The position numbers and the translations under genes were made by a program. The notes beneath the pieces were generated by a model. It saw nothing but the letters and a program-made list of their open reading frames with translations. It searched no databases and had not been told where the DNA came from. A stretch of DNA of 64,000 nucleotides. Origin: Polyangiales bacterium (GTDB lineage Bacteria; Myxococcota_A; Polyangia; Polyangiales; Polyangiaceae). Shown in pieces: positions 36,691 to 46,106 of the stretch (within the stretch, counting starts at the first letter, position 1; each line of letters starts with the position of its first letter). Location of the stretch: positions 1-64,000 of the forward strand of contig JBBRNJ010000036.1 in NCBI GenBank assembly GCA_038230375.1. The letters run 5' to 3'.

Positions 36691-39561
36691 ATGGCGTTCC
36701 CCCTCTTCGCGCCACGTCGTCAGATCGTCGAGACCTCGCACGGTCACGGCGACGAGCTCCCCCAGAACACGCGCTCCGCGACCGTCATCGGTCCGGGCGC
36801 TGGCGCGTACCCGCGTGGTCGCGAGATCGCGGCGCTCCTCTTCTGGACCGTCACGGTCTTCCTGGTGCTCGCGCTCGGGTCGTATGCGGGTGATCCCGCG
36901 GCCGCCGTGCCGGGGGCAGAGGTGAATGGCGCGCCTGGCGTCGTCGGGGCGAACTGGGTCGGTGCCGTTGGCGAGTGGGCCGCGCATGGGCTCGTGTCGC
37001 TCGTTGGCGTGACGTCGTGGCTGATCCCGGTAGAGGCGCTGCTCCTCGGCATTCCGTTCATCCGCGGCAAGAAGTCGAACCTCACGCCCACGCGGCTCGC
37101 GGGCGACTTCCTCATCTTGATCGTGACGGCGGCGCTCACCGAGGTGGGCTGGCCCGGGAAGCTGATGTTCGGTCGTCATGTGGCCGCAGGGCTCGTGGGT
37201 GAGCTGTTCGGCGAGCTCGCGCGGTCGCTCTTCTCCACGGTGGGAAGCTTCCTCGTGGGCTTCGCGATCGTCGGGCTCATCTTGATCGTGCGCGCGGCGT
37301 TCTCGTTCATCGCGCTCATGAACCTGCTCGGGCGGCTCACGCATCGCGGCGCGCAGTCAACGGCGGAGCGCGCGAAGTCCGTGGCGGGGGCGTGGAAGGA
37401 AGCGCGCGAGCTCGATCGCGAGAAGGTGGCCGCCGAGAAGGCCGCGGCCGCTCCGAAGATCGATCGCGAGAAGCATGACGACGCGCTCGTGGCGGTGCTG
37501 CCGCCGGAGAGCGAAGACGAAGACGATCACACGGACGTGGAGGATGCACCCGTCGTCGTGTCGCAGAGCGTGGAGGACACCTCGGCTGCGCTGTCGCTCG
37601 CGAAGCGAATGCGCGGCAAGGTGGCGCTCGAGTCGCCGCCCGTCCCGCAGACCGCAAAGAAGAAGAAGGTCGAGGTCGAGGCGGAGGTCGAGGTCGAGGT
37701 CGAGGCGGAGGCCGAGGGAGACGGCGAGGCTGAGGAGATCGCCGAGCCGAAGAAGCGCAGCCGCAAGAAGAAGGCGGAGGCGGCGGACGCGAAGGGCGAC
37801 GATGAAGAGCAGAGCGTGAACGCTCATGACCTTCGCCTGGACGAGACACCTGGCGAATTGCCTGACGTTGCCGTGGGCCCTCCCGAGAAGAAGAAGAGCA
37901 AGGCGCTCGCGACGAAGAAGAAGGACGACGGCCCGACCATCGTCGACACGAGCGCTGCCCTGGAAAAAGAGAAGGTCGAGAAGGCGGACAAGAAGAAGGA
38001 CAGGCTCGTGCCCGCCACCGGCGCGGGGTTCCGCTTGCCCTCGATGGATTTTCTTACGCCAGCCAAGCCCGATCCGAGCCACGTCATAGACGAGGTAGCG
38101 CTGCGCAAGAGCGCCGACCTGCTCGTGAAGACACTTGCAGACTACAAGGTCACCGGCACCGTGGAGGAGATCCACCCGGGCCCCGTGGTGACCACGTTCG
38201 AGGTCGCTCCGGTCGCCGGCACCAAGGTCGCGCGCGTCGCATCGCTCGCGGACGATCTCGCGCTCGCGCTCGCCAAGAAGGTGCGCATCGTCGCGCCGAT
38301 CCCCGGAAAGAACCGCATTGGCTTCGAGCTCCCGAACGAGCGCCGTCTGCCCGTGAACCTGCGCGACCTCATCGACGATCGCCGCTTCCAGACGCTGGAT
38401 TGCCCGCTGCCGGTGGTGCTCGGGCGCGATATCGTCGGCAACCCGGTCTACGCGGATCTGGCGAGCATGCCGCACGTGATCGTCGCCGGCGCGACGGGCG
38501 CGGGCAAGAGCGTGGGGCTCAACGTGATGCTCACGTCACTCCTCTATCGCCGCACGCCGGAGGAGCTGCGCCTCCTCATGATCGATCCGAAGGTCGTCGA
38601 GCTCGCGCCGTTCGATCGCATTCCGCACATGCTGCTGCCCGTCGTGACCGATATGAAGCAGGCGTCGAACGCGCTCAAGTGGGCCGTCGACGAGATGGAG
38701 CGCCGCTACCAGCTCTTCGCCGACGCAGGCACGAAGAACATCACCACGTACAACGCGTGGTGCGGTCGCGTGAAGCGCGGCGAGATCCGGAACCCGCTCC
38801 CGAAGCAGGTCATGGCGAAGGATCACAACGGCTTCGAGGAGGCCGTGAAGGTCGCCGAGTTCCGTCCGGGCGTGTCGTTCGACGACGGGGAGGGCGAGTC
38901 CCCGATCCCCGAGGCGATGCCGTTCATCGTGATCGTCGTGGACGAGTTCGCAGACCTGATGATGCAGCAGGGCAAGGAAGTGGAGACCGCCGTTGCGCGG
39001 CTCGCGCAGAAGGCCCGCGCCGCAGGTATGCACGTCATCCTGGCCACGCAGCGTCCGAGCGTTGACGTCATCACCGGCATGATCAAGGCGAATTTCCCCA
39101 CGCGCATTGCGTTCCGCGTGGCGCAGAAGATCGACAGCCGCACCATCCTCGACGAGCAGGGCGCGGAGCACTTGCTGGGCCGCGGCGACATGCTCGTGAA
39201 GCTCAACGGACAGAACGACACGAAGCGTGTGCAGTGCCCGTGGGTCAGCGAAGAAGAAGTGCAGGCCGTGACGGACTTCCTGCGCCTGCAGGGCGAGCCC
39301 GTGTACGACGAGAACATTCTGAAGCCGCGCGACGACGACGCTGACGGCAACGCCGAGGAAGACGCCGAGCAGGACGCGATGTACGACGACGCGATGCGGA
39401 TCGTGGCGGAGACGCGCCGCTGTTCGACCTCGTGGCTACAGCGCAAGCTGGGGCTCGGCTACAACCGCGCTGCGCGCATCGTGGAGACCATGGAGCGCCG
39501 CGGAGTCGTGGGGCCGCCGAACGGCTCCAAGGACCGCGAGGTCCTCATCTCCACGATGTGA
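36691..39561 (+). CDS. ftsK: DNA translocase FtsK
   Basis: N-terminal TM domain, GATGAGKS, IVVDEFADLMM, LATQRPS, gamma domain LQRKLGLGYNRAARIVE. Confidence 0.97.
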   Translation: MAFPLFAPRRQIVETSHGHGDELPQNTRSATVIGPGAGAYPRGREIAALLFWTVTVFLVLALGSYAGDPAAAVPGAEVNGAPGVVGANWVGAVGEWAAHGLVSLVGVTSWLIPVEALLLGIPFIRGKKSNLTPTRLAGDFLILIVTAALTEVGWPGKLMFGRHVAAGLVGELFGELARSLFSTVGSFLVGFAIVGLILIVRAAFSFIALMNLLGRLTHRGAQSTAERAKSVAGAWKEARELDREKVAAEKAAAAPKIDREKHDDALVAVLPPESEDEDDHTDVEDAPVVVSQSVEDTSAALSLAKRMRGKVALESPPVPQTAKKKKVEVEAEVEVEVEAEAEGDGEAEEIAEPKKRSRKKKAEAADAKGDDEEQSVNAHDLRLDETPGELPDVAVGPPEKKKSKALATKKKDDGPTIVDTSAALEKEKVEKADKKKDRLVPATGAGFRLPSMDFLTPAKPDPSHVIDEVALRKSADLLVKTLADYKVTGTVEEIHPGPVVTTFEVAPVAGTKVARVASLADDLALALAKKVRIVAPIPGKNRIGFELPNERRLPVNLRDLIDDRRFQTLDCPLPVVLGRDIVGNPVYADLASMPHVIVAGATGAGKSVGLNVMLTSLLYRRTPEELRLLMIDPKVVELAPFDRIPHMLLPVVTDMKQASNALKWAVDEMERRYQLFADAGTKNITTYNAWCGRVKRGEIRNPLPKQVMAKDHNGFEEAVKVAEFRPGVSFDDGEGESPIPEAMPFIVIVVDEFADLMMQQGKEVETAVARLAQKARAAGMHVILATQRPSVDVITGMIKANFPTRIAFRVAQKIDSRTILDEQGAEHLLGRGDMLVKLNGQNDTKRVQCPWVSEEEVQAVTDFLRLQGEPVYDENILKPRDDDADGNAEEDAEQDAMYDDAMRIVAETRRCSTSWLQRKLGLGYNRAARIVETMERRGVVGPPNGSKDREVLISTM

Positions 39562-39573
39562 GGGCGAAGCGAC

Positions 39574-40263
39574 TTACTTCGTCACGGGCTCGACGCTCTG
39601 GATGACAGGCGTCACTGCGGTGCGCTCGTACTTGGACGCCTGCACGACGACCGACACCTCGACGTACTCGTCCGCGAACTCGATGACGGTGAAGAGCTCG
39701 ACCCAGCGACGTTCGTCCGTCGTGACAGCCACCTCCACCTGCCGCGCGGGTCTGCCGCCGATCGTCAGCGTGGCAATGGAGTCCTTTGGGACCTGCTTGT
39801 CCTTCTTCTTCAGGCCCAGCTCATGGGCCATGAATGCATCGATGTTCTGCGCCGTGTAGTCGACCTTCTTCTCCTCGTAGAGGTTCAGTGACCACGCGGT
39901 GCCGCGGACGATCCGGAGCACGTTGCGTTCCTCGTGCGACTTCGCGCTCTGCCAGCCAGGCGCGCGCACGCGGTAGTGACCGTCGGAGCTCACGAACCAG
40001 GGGCCGGCGTCGTCTTCGACCGCTCGAGGCGCATCCCTTGCCGACGCGGAATCCGACGTGGCAGGCGCGGCGGATGCAGACCCGGCATTCGACACCGCGC
40101 TGGTAGAGACGGACGCGACGGACGCGACGGACGGGGTCGGCGAGTCGCCTCCAGTCTGCTTTCGTGGCTTGCAGCCCGCGAGGCAGGAAAGGAAGAGGGC
40201 CGTGCCCAACATCGCGGTGGCAGCCAACGGAGCCAGGCGCAGCGATCTCATCGCGATCGTCAT
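39574..40263 (-). CDS. Hypothetical lipoprotein (PsbP/DcrB-like alpha/beta fold possible)
   Basis: Lipobox LAGC; Ser/Ala linker; Y.V.APGW, TIGGRPA; starts 1 bp after the sdpB-like stop. Confidence 0.6.
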   Translation of the reverse strand: MTIAMRSLRLAPLAATAMLGTALFLSCLAGCKPRKQTGGDSPTPSVASVASVSTSAVSNAGSASAAPATSDSASARDAPRAVEDDAGPWFVSSDGHYRVRAPGWQSAKSHEERNVLRIVRGTAWSLNLYEEKKVDYTAQNIDAFMAHELGLKKKDKQVPKDSIATLTIGGRPARQVEVAVTTDERRWVELFTVIEFADEYVEVSVVVQASKYERTAVTPVIQSVEPVTK

Positions 40264-40264
40264 A

Positions 40265-41164
40265 TCACGTGGCCGCAGTAGTGCTCACTCTCCAGAGCTC
40301 GAGCTCGGTGGGGCGCAAGAGGATGACGAGCCCGCCACACATCGCGACGCTGAAGCTCAAAAGCCCCTGGCTCAGGCCAATGCCGACGTGCAATGCGATC
40401 CCGAGCACGAGGAGCGGCTTCCAGAATCTTCTGCGCGCGAAGAACGCCGCCGCCAGCACGAACTCGAGCGCGATAACCGACCACGTGAGAAAGGCGACGG
40501 TGTCGTGGACCAGGATTGGCCGGAGCAACGAACGCTGCCACGACGGCGCGCCGTACATCGGCTCCGTGAGGATGTAATAGAGCGCGGTTCCGTTGTTCCA
40601 CTCCGGGGTCGCGTATTTTCCGGCCGCCGCGTGGAAGTAGAGGCCGGCCATCTGCGCGCGCGCAAGGACGATCGCCGATGACGCCAGGACCTTCACTGCG
40701 GGGTGCGACGGCTCCACGGCGGGCTGCCAGTGCCACTTCCGCGGGTCCGCGAGCGTGACCGGCAACAGGATGATCGCCATCGCGTAGCAGATCTGATCGC
40801 CGCCGTCCGTCAGCGTGGTGTTCAACGCCACGCTCATCGCGACCCAGAGGTGGAGGATGCCCGTGACGCGCGGGCGCCATCCGGACACCGTGACCAGGAG
40901 CACGAGGATCCCGATGACGCGCGCGAGCGTGAGGTGAGCCGGCATGGCGCAGAAGAGGCCAGCAGCACCCACACCACGGCACTGTGGGAGCTCGAAGCCG
41001 CCGGTGAGCTTCACGAAGAGCGAATTCGTGTCGTTGCCGAGCAGCGTGAGGAGCGTGCTCAGCGCGAGGAGCGATCGACAGAGCCCGACCACGTTGCTCA
41101 GCGGTCGATCCGCGGCGAAGAGCTTCAACGCGGAGTCGCCGATCCTTGCCACGCGGGTCAGCAT
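40265..41164 (-). CDS. sdpB: SdpB-family HTTM membrane protein
   Basis: SGWRPR.TG..H.W, DGGDQI, LLPVTL.DPRKWHW, Q...LYFHAA.GK...EW.NGTALYY, FH-like LHVGI. Confidence 0.85.
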   Translation of the reverse strand: MLTRVARIGDSALKLFAADRPLSNVVGLCRSLLALSTLLTLLGNDTNSLFVKLTGGFELPQCRGVGAAGLFCAMPAHLTLARVIGILVLLVTVSGWRPRVTGILHLWVAMSVALNTTLTDGGDQICYAMAIILLPVTLADPRKWHWQPAVEPSHPAVKVLASSAIVLARAQMAGLYFHAAAGKYATPEWNNGTALYYILTEPMYGAPSWQRSLLRPILVHDTVAFLTWSVIALEFVLAAAFFARRRFWKPLLVLGIALHVGIGLSQGLLSFSVAMCGGLVILLRPTELELWRVSTTAAT

Positions 41165-41745
41165 CGGATCTCCACGCGCGCGACCATGATCGTCTGCGAT
41201 GGATGCGGGGTCTTCGCGAAAGCCCATGACACGGGCAGCTTCCTTGCGATCACGAATGAGCCGCAATAGGCCGGATGCGGCGCGGGATTCGCGATCTCGG
41301 TCACCTTCTGCGCCCGGTCGATGCAGTCGGCGAGCTCGCTCTCGCAGCGCACCCACTCACCCTTGCCAACGAGCGCGACCACGCGGTTTCGCTCGACGGC
41401 GTCCTTCCGGATTCCCCTGCCGACGCCGAAGAGATTGCGCGGCTCGGCGTTGGCGACCGGGGCGATCTCACGCCACGAAGCGCCGTCCTTCGCGAGCACG
41501 AAGACCTGCTCGGCGCGCAGGTCCTTCTCGAAGAACTGCCACGACTCCTGGATGCCCGAGGCGCTGGCAACGCGGTCTTCGATCGCGGAGCTCATCGGTC
41601 CGCCGCCCTCCGGGAAGCCGCCGTGGTGGATGTGCACGAACCCGAAGAATGCGACGACGATCCAGCAGGCCACGAACGTCGCGCCCGTGATCGCCCGAGC
41701 GCGAGGCGTGTGCTCGGCGTCGTCCGTGGCTCCCCGCTCCGTCAT
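41158..41745 (-). CDS. sdpA: SdpA-family protein
   Basis: One TM helix, QESWQFF.KD.R, NAEP.NLFG..R, W..C....C, N.AP.P..CG, PVSWAF; 7-bp overlap with sdpB. Confidence 0.8.
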   Translation of the reverse strand: MTERGATDDAEHTPRARAITGATFVACWIVVAFFGFVHIHHGGFPEGGGPMSSAIEDRVASASGIQESWQFFEKDLRAEQVFVLAKDGASWREIAPVANAEPRNLFGVGRGIRKDAVERNRVVALVGKGEWVRCESELADCIDRAQKVTEIANPAPHPAYCGSFVIARKLPVSWAFAKTPHPSQTIMVARVEIRC

Positions 41746-41804
41746 CGAGGCGAGCGTACTCCAAGTTGTGTTCGGCTCGCGGGACCTCGGATAATATCGC
41801 CGCC

Positions 41805-42350
41805 ATGGCGGACACCATCGAAGTAGCGAAATCGGGTCGAGCAACGTGCCGTGCATGCCGTCAGGCAATCGCCAAAGGGGAGCTGCGGTTCGGCGCGGAG
41901 ACCACGACCGGCTTTGGCGACTCGGGCGGCTCCAGTTACATGTGGCATCACATGACGTGCGGCGCGACGAAGCACCCGGACGGGCTTCGCGCCGCGCTCG
42001 CAGCCTTCGTCGGCGACGTGCCCGAGCGCGAGGAGCTCGAGCGTCGTCTCGCCGAGGCCGATGCGAAGAAGCCGCCGCCATTCCCGCACGCCGACCGAGC
42101 ACCAACGGGTCGCGCGAAGTGTCAGGAATGCGGCGAGGCGATCCCGAAGGGCGCCCTGCGCGTGGTGATCGAGCGCGACATCGAGCGCGGGATGACGGTC
42201 ACGAAGGGCGCCGGATATCTCCACCCGCAGTGCGCGGCGGGTCATGTCGAGGCGAAGGGCTCCACCCACGAACAGCTGACCACGGCGTTGCATGCGAACA
42301 CGCGGTCGCTCTCGGATGCAGATCTCGACGAGCTCTTCGCGACGGTCTGA
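41805..42350 (+). CDS. Stand-alone tandem PARP-type zinc-finger protein
   Basis: Two C-x2-C-x30-H-x2-C units, preceded by IEVAKSGRA and ADRAPTGRA and containing I.KG.LR. Confidence 0.88.
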   Translation: MADTIEVAKSGRATCRACRQAIAKGELRFGAETTTGFGDSGGSSYMWHHMTCGATKHPDGLRAALAAFVGDVPEREELERRLAEADAKKPPPFPHADRAPTGRAKCQECGEAIPKGALRVVIERDIERGMTVTKGAGYLHPQCAAGHVEAKGSTHEQLTTALHANTRSLSDADLDELFATV

Positions 42351-42362
42351 GGAAACCAAGGC

Positions 42363-43706
42363 TCAGGGCAGGAGACTCTTGTGCTTCTCCGCTGCTGCGA
42401 TCAGCGCCTCTGCGTCGCGCACGACGGCGTCGTTGGTTCCGTTGGCGGCGCGCCACGCGCCTGTGACAATTCCTTGCCGCACGACCTCCGCGAACGCGTT
42501 CGCTGCCTTCGCTCGATACTCCGTGCGCTTTGGATGCAGGACGGTGAGCTTCTCCCAGCAGAGCGCCTCCTGGAACTGCGCGCCAAGCGCACGCGGATCG
42601 GTCGGCCACTTGCGCACGAACAGCGCGTACGCCGCGGCGCTGCTACGGGGCTGGTTCAGATCCCGGTACTCCGCGCCCAGCGCAAGATACACCGCAGAGG
42701 TCCACGGCTCGCCCTGCGGGACTACCTTCTTGTCCTGCACGCGCGAGAGTCCGACGGCCATCTTCGCCTCGGCCTTGTCCGGATCCTTCTCCGTATCGAG
42801 CACATCGGGGCGGACGGCGAAGGGCTGGTCCTCCCGCGGCCCCACGAAGTCGACCTCCGTCAGCGAGCCCGCGATGTAGGTCGTCGCCTCATGTGCGTAG
42901 TCCTCACCTGCGTTCGCGCGCAGCACGTCCTCGAAGGCGCCCACCGCCGCCTCGTAGCGCTGCTGCTTGAAGTACGTCCAGGCGAGCTTGTAGCGCGCCT
43001 GCGCCTGGACTTCGCCGTGTGACCCGTTCGACGTGATCGCCTTTCGAAGCGCGACGGCCGCGCGGTTCCATCCGTACACGGCGTCCGCCGGATCGATCTG
43101 CTCGAAATGCGCGTTGCCGATGCGGAGCCAGATCTCGCCCACGAGCGACGCGGCCTCCGCGCCCCCGATGAGAGCCGTGCAGGTGTCGGGGTAAGGATCC
43201 TGAAACCGCTTCCCCTGTTCCTGCGCGAGCGGAACGATCGCGTCGCGCGTCGCATCGGTCGGAGCCGCTGCGGGGAACGCATAGAGATTGCTGCACACAA
43301 GCGACCTCCACACCTGCGACGACTCGATGGCGCGCCCTGCATCAAGCAGATCGTGACCGAGCTGATAGCGCACGTGGAACATGCGCGGATACGTCGGGTT
43401 CTCCCGAGCGATGCGCCGCAGGATGGAGATGGGCTGCGCGAGGCGCAAGGGCGACCGAGCGGGATCCGCCCGCTCACGCTCGGAGACGAGCACCGCGAGG
43501 CGAAACAGCGCATCGGATTTCATGTTCGGGTCCGCTGCGCGATCGGCCGCGGACTGGAGCTGCTCCTCGAGCGATGGAGGATTCGCGGGCGCCAGCGCAG
43601 AGGCGGAAACAACCGGCACGAGGGCAGGCGGAGGCGGAGGCGGCGGAAGGTCAGCACCATGACCGCATCCGAACGCCAACGCAGACGCGACCAACGCTCG
43701 CTTCAT
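42363..43706 (-). CDS. TPR-repeat lipoprotein
   Basis: Lipobox AFGC; TPR helices (ARYKLAWTYFKQQRYEAAVGAF). Confidence 0.75.
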   Translation of the reverse strand: MKRALVASALAFGCGHGADLPPPPPPPALVPVVSASALAPANPPSLEEQLQSAADRAADPNMKSDALFRLAVLVSERERADPARSPLRLAQPISILRRIARENPTYPRMFHVRYQLGHDLLDAGRAIESSQVWRSLVCSNLYAFPAAAPTDATRDAIVPLAQEQGKRFQDPYPDTCTALIGGAEAASLVGEIWLRIGNAHFEQIDPADAVYGWNRAAVALRKAITSNGSHGEVQAQARYKLAWTYFKQQRYEAAVGAFEDVLRANAGEDYAHEATTYIAGSLTEVDFVGPREDQPFAVRPDVLDTEKDPDKAEAKMAVGLSRVQDKKVVPQGEPWTSAVYLALGAEYRDLNQPRSSAAAYALFVRKWPTDPRALGAQFQEALCWEKLTVLHPKRTEYRAKAANAFAEVVRQGIVTGAWRAANGTNDAVVRDAEALIAAAEKHKSLLP

Positions 43707-43789
43707 GACCTACTCCTCCCGGAAAAGACCAGGCGGGTTCCAACGTATCGCGCGCCGTCCGCCGAGGAAATGAAGACGCCTGATTTCCC

Positions 43790-44407
43790 GTGTACAGTAC
43801 GTGCGTGCTCGTCCTGGCAAGCGCGTGCTCACTCGTGGCTCTCATGCTCAGCGTGATCAACGTCCCGCTCGATGCGGTGGCCCCCGTGGTGCCGTCACCT
43901 GGAGCGCACCCGCCGGATCCGTTCGCGGCCGAGTACCTCCCGCTCCCCGTTCGCGGCATTGGCGCCGCGCCTGGGCAAGTGCGATTCCTTGCGCTTGCTG
44001 GCGGCGGCTACTTCAGGGATGCGCACTTCGCGGGACAGGGAACGACGGAGCTGATGGGGACTCCCAACCTTGGATTCCGTGGCTCCCTGGAGGCCAGCAT
44101 TCCCACCGGCACCACCGACGCGCAGCTCTTCGCGGCGCGCGTGGGCCCGAGCCTCCACCTCTTGCCCTACAGGAGCGTCGACCTGGGCGCGTTCCTCGAA
44201 GCGGGTGGCGCGACCGTGGATCTGTTCCGCGCGCGTCGCTCGGCGATGTTCACGCTCACGCCCGGCGCGACCTTCGACGTTGCGTTCGGACCCAGCTTCG
44301 CCATGCGGATCGAGGCGCAGGTAGAGCTGGGTACTGTGGATCGCAGCGGCAGCGCGGACCTCGTTGCCGTCCCGCTGCTCCTCTTCGGGTTCGGGCCCGT
44401 GCTGTGA
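43790..44407 (+). CDS. Putative exported beta-barrel-like protein
   Basis: Hydrophobic N-terminus; about 8 alternating beta strands; GTGA overlap with the next gene. Confidence 0.5.
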   Translation: MYSTCVLVLASACSLVALMLSVINVPLDAVAPVVPSPGAHPPDPFAAEYLPLPVRGIGAAPGQVRFLALAGGGYFRDAHFAGQGTTELMGTPNLGFRGSLEASIPTGTTDAQLFAARVGPSLHLLPYRSVDLGAFLEAGGATVDLFRARRSAMFTLTPGATFDVAFGPSFAMRIEAQVELGTVDRSGSADLVAVPLLLFGFGPVL

Positions 44408-45870
44408 AGCGGGTGCTCGTGATTGGTGCGGGGCCGGCGGGGCTCGCGGCGGGCGTGAAGCTGCTGGAGCGCGCGCGCGGAGAAGTGAGCGTCAAGATCG
44501 TGCACATGGGCCACCACATTGGCGGCAAGGCAGCGTCGTACAAGGACGCGAAGGAGCGGTTGATCGAGCACGGCTGGCACATGTTCGTCGGCTTCTACGA
44601 GAAGCTCCCTGCGCTGATCGCGCGGTCGGGGGCGTCTCGCGCAAAGGCCGTGATGAGCATGCAGGGCAAGACCCACGTGTACGAGCCTGCGCGCGGACAG
44701 ATCTTCACCCTGGACTCCGCGGGCGGCCGCATCGCCACGGCGTGGAACTTCGTGAAGTACGAGGGCCTCAAGGTCGAGGACCGCGCGCACTACGCGCGCT
44801 TCATGGCGCAGGTCTTCGAGCGGCTCCTGGGCGGAGAGGAGCTCGAGCAACACGATGACGTGTGCTTCACGCGCTGGGCGATCGAGAACGGCCTGCTCCC
44901 GCACCTCACGCGGACCAGCCTTTTTCGCGTCTTTCGTGATGGCTACTTCAACTTCCCGGAGCAGGTGAGCGCGTACCACACGCTGAAGACGATGCGGTAC
45001 ATGAGCACGTCGGAGGGCGCCGAGACCTTCGCGGCCGTCGCCCCGTACTCCGAGCGTGTCTGGGATCCGATCGCGCGCTACTTCGAGTCGCTCGGTGGCG
45101 TGATCGAGCCGTACACCATGGTGCGTGGCTTCGCGTACGACGGACGTCGCGTGACCAATCTTGCCGTTGCCCGTCCGGACCCGGTGGGGCATGCGTTCGG
45201 GGAGACGCCGTGGAAGACCGCCGAGCTCCCCACCGAGGATGGGTCGGCGCGAACGATCGCGGACTTCGACGCCGTCATCAGCACGATCCCGCAAGCGGTC
45301 TTCCTCACGCTGAACGCGGGTGATGCGCGCATGTGGCAGTCCCCGTATTTCGCGCGCATGAAGAACCTGCGCAGCGCCGCCACGATCTCCATGACCGTGC
45401 GCACGAAGCGACCTTGCGTGCCGTTCGTGGGTCCGGTCTTCGGGTTCCCCGCGCCGATCGGCATCGCGACGAACATGACCCGCTACCTGGAGCGGTATCG
45501 GGTGGGTGGCGAACAGGGTCAGGAGATCCAGCTCGTCGGCCAGGAGAGCGGCTTCGAGTCATGGACCGACGAGCAGATCGTGTCGTTCACGCTCGACAAC
45601 TTCGCGCGCGTCCCCTCGTGCGATCTGCGCGCGGCGGAGATCACGTACCTGGAGCTTCACCGCAACAGGAGCGACTTCGAGCGCATCTTTCTCTGCGAGC
45701 CTGGCGTGCAGAAGTTCCGGCCGGGCCCGCTCACGCCGTTCTCGAACTTCTTCCTTGCGGGTGACTGGGTGAGGAACGAGGTCGACCTCGTCTGCATGGA
45801 GGGCGCCGTGGCCTCCGGCTACGAGGCCGCGGAGCACGTGTTGACGCGCCTGGGCGCGCTCGGAGGGTAG
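44404..45870 (+). CDS. FAD-dependent oxidoreductase (amine oxidase / phytoene desaturase / HpnE-like)
   Basis: VLVIGAGPAGLAA, IGGKAAS, IEHGWHMFVGFY, NFFLAGDW, MEGAVASG. Confidence 0.88.
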   Translation: MKRVLVIGAGPAGLAAGVKLLERARGEVSVKIVHMGHHIGGKAASYKDAKERLIEHGWHMFVGFYEKLPALIARSGASRAKAVMSMQGKTHVYEPARGQIFTLDSAGGRIATAWNFVKYEGLKVEDRAHYARFMAQVFERLLGGEELEQHDDVCFTRWAIENGLLPHLTRTSLFRVFRDGYFNFPEQVSAYHTLKTMRYMSTSEGAETFAAVAPYSERVWDPIARYFESLGGVIEPYTMVRGFAYDGRRVTNLAVARPDPVGHAFGETPWKTAELPTEDGSARTIADFDAVISTIPQAVFLTLNAGDARMWQSPYFARMKNLRSAATISMTVRTKRPCVPFVGPVFGFPAPIGIATNMTRYLERYRVGGEQGQEIQLVGQESGFESWTDEQIVSFTLDNFARVPSCDLRAAEITYLELHRNRSDFERIFLCEPGVQKFRPGPLTPFSNFFLAGDWVRNEVDLVCMEGAVASGYEAAEHVLTRLGALGG

Positions 45871-45874
45871 GGCG

Positions 45875-46099
45875 ATGACGGAACGACACGACGACGATCC
45901 ATTCTGCGAACACGCCGATCCCTATCCGCCGACACACGCGACGCTGAGCAGACGCGGTGCAGTACGTCTGGCGCTCGCATCCCCGCTGGTGATCGCCGCC
46001 GCCGCCGCGTGCCACGCCCCACGAAACCTGGTGTGCGCTCCAGGCCTCCCCGACACGGAGCACTGCACGCACCGGTTCTGTCGTTACCACTCCGGGTGA
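45875..46099 (+). CDS. Small Tat-signal, lipobox-bearing Cys/His peptide
   Basis: 74 aa; LSRRGAV, hydrophobic stretch, AAAC, then C-x9-C-x4-C with His residues; GGAGG upstream; fills the gap between genes. Confidence 0.6.
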   Translation: MTERHDDDPFCEHADPYPPTHATLSRRGAVRLALASPLVIAAAAACHAPRNLVCAPGLPDTEHCTHRFCRYHSG

Positions 46100-46106
46100 C
46101 CGCAGC

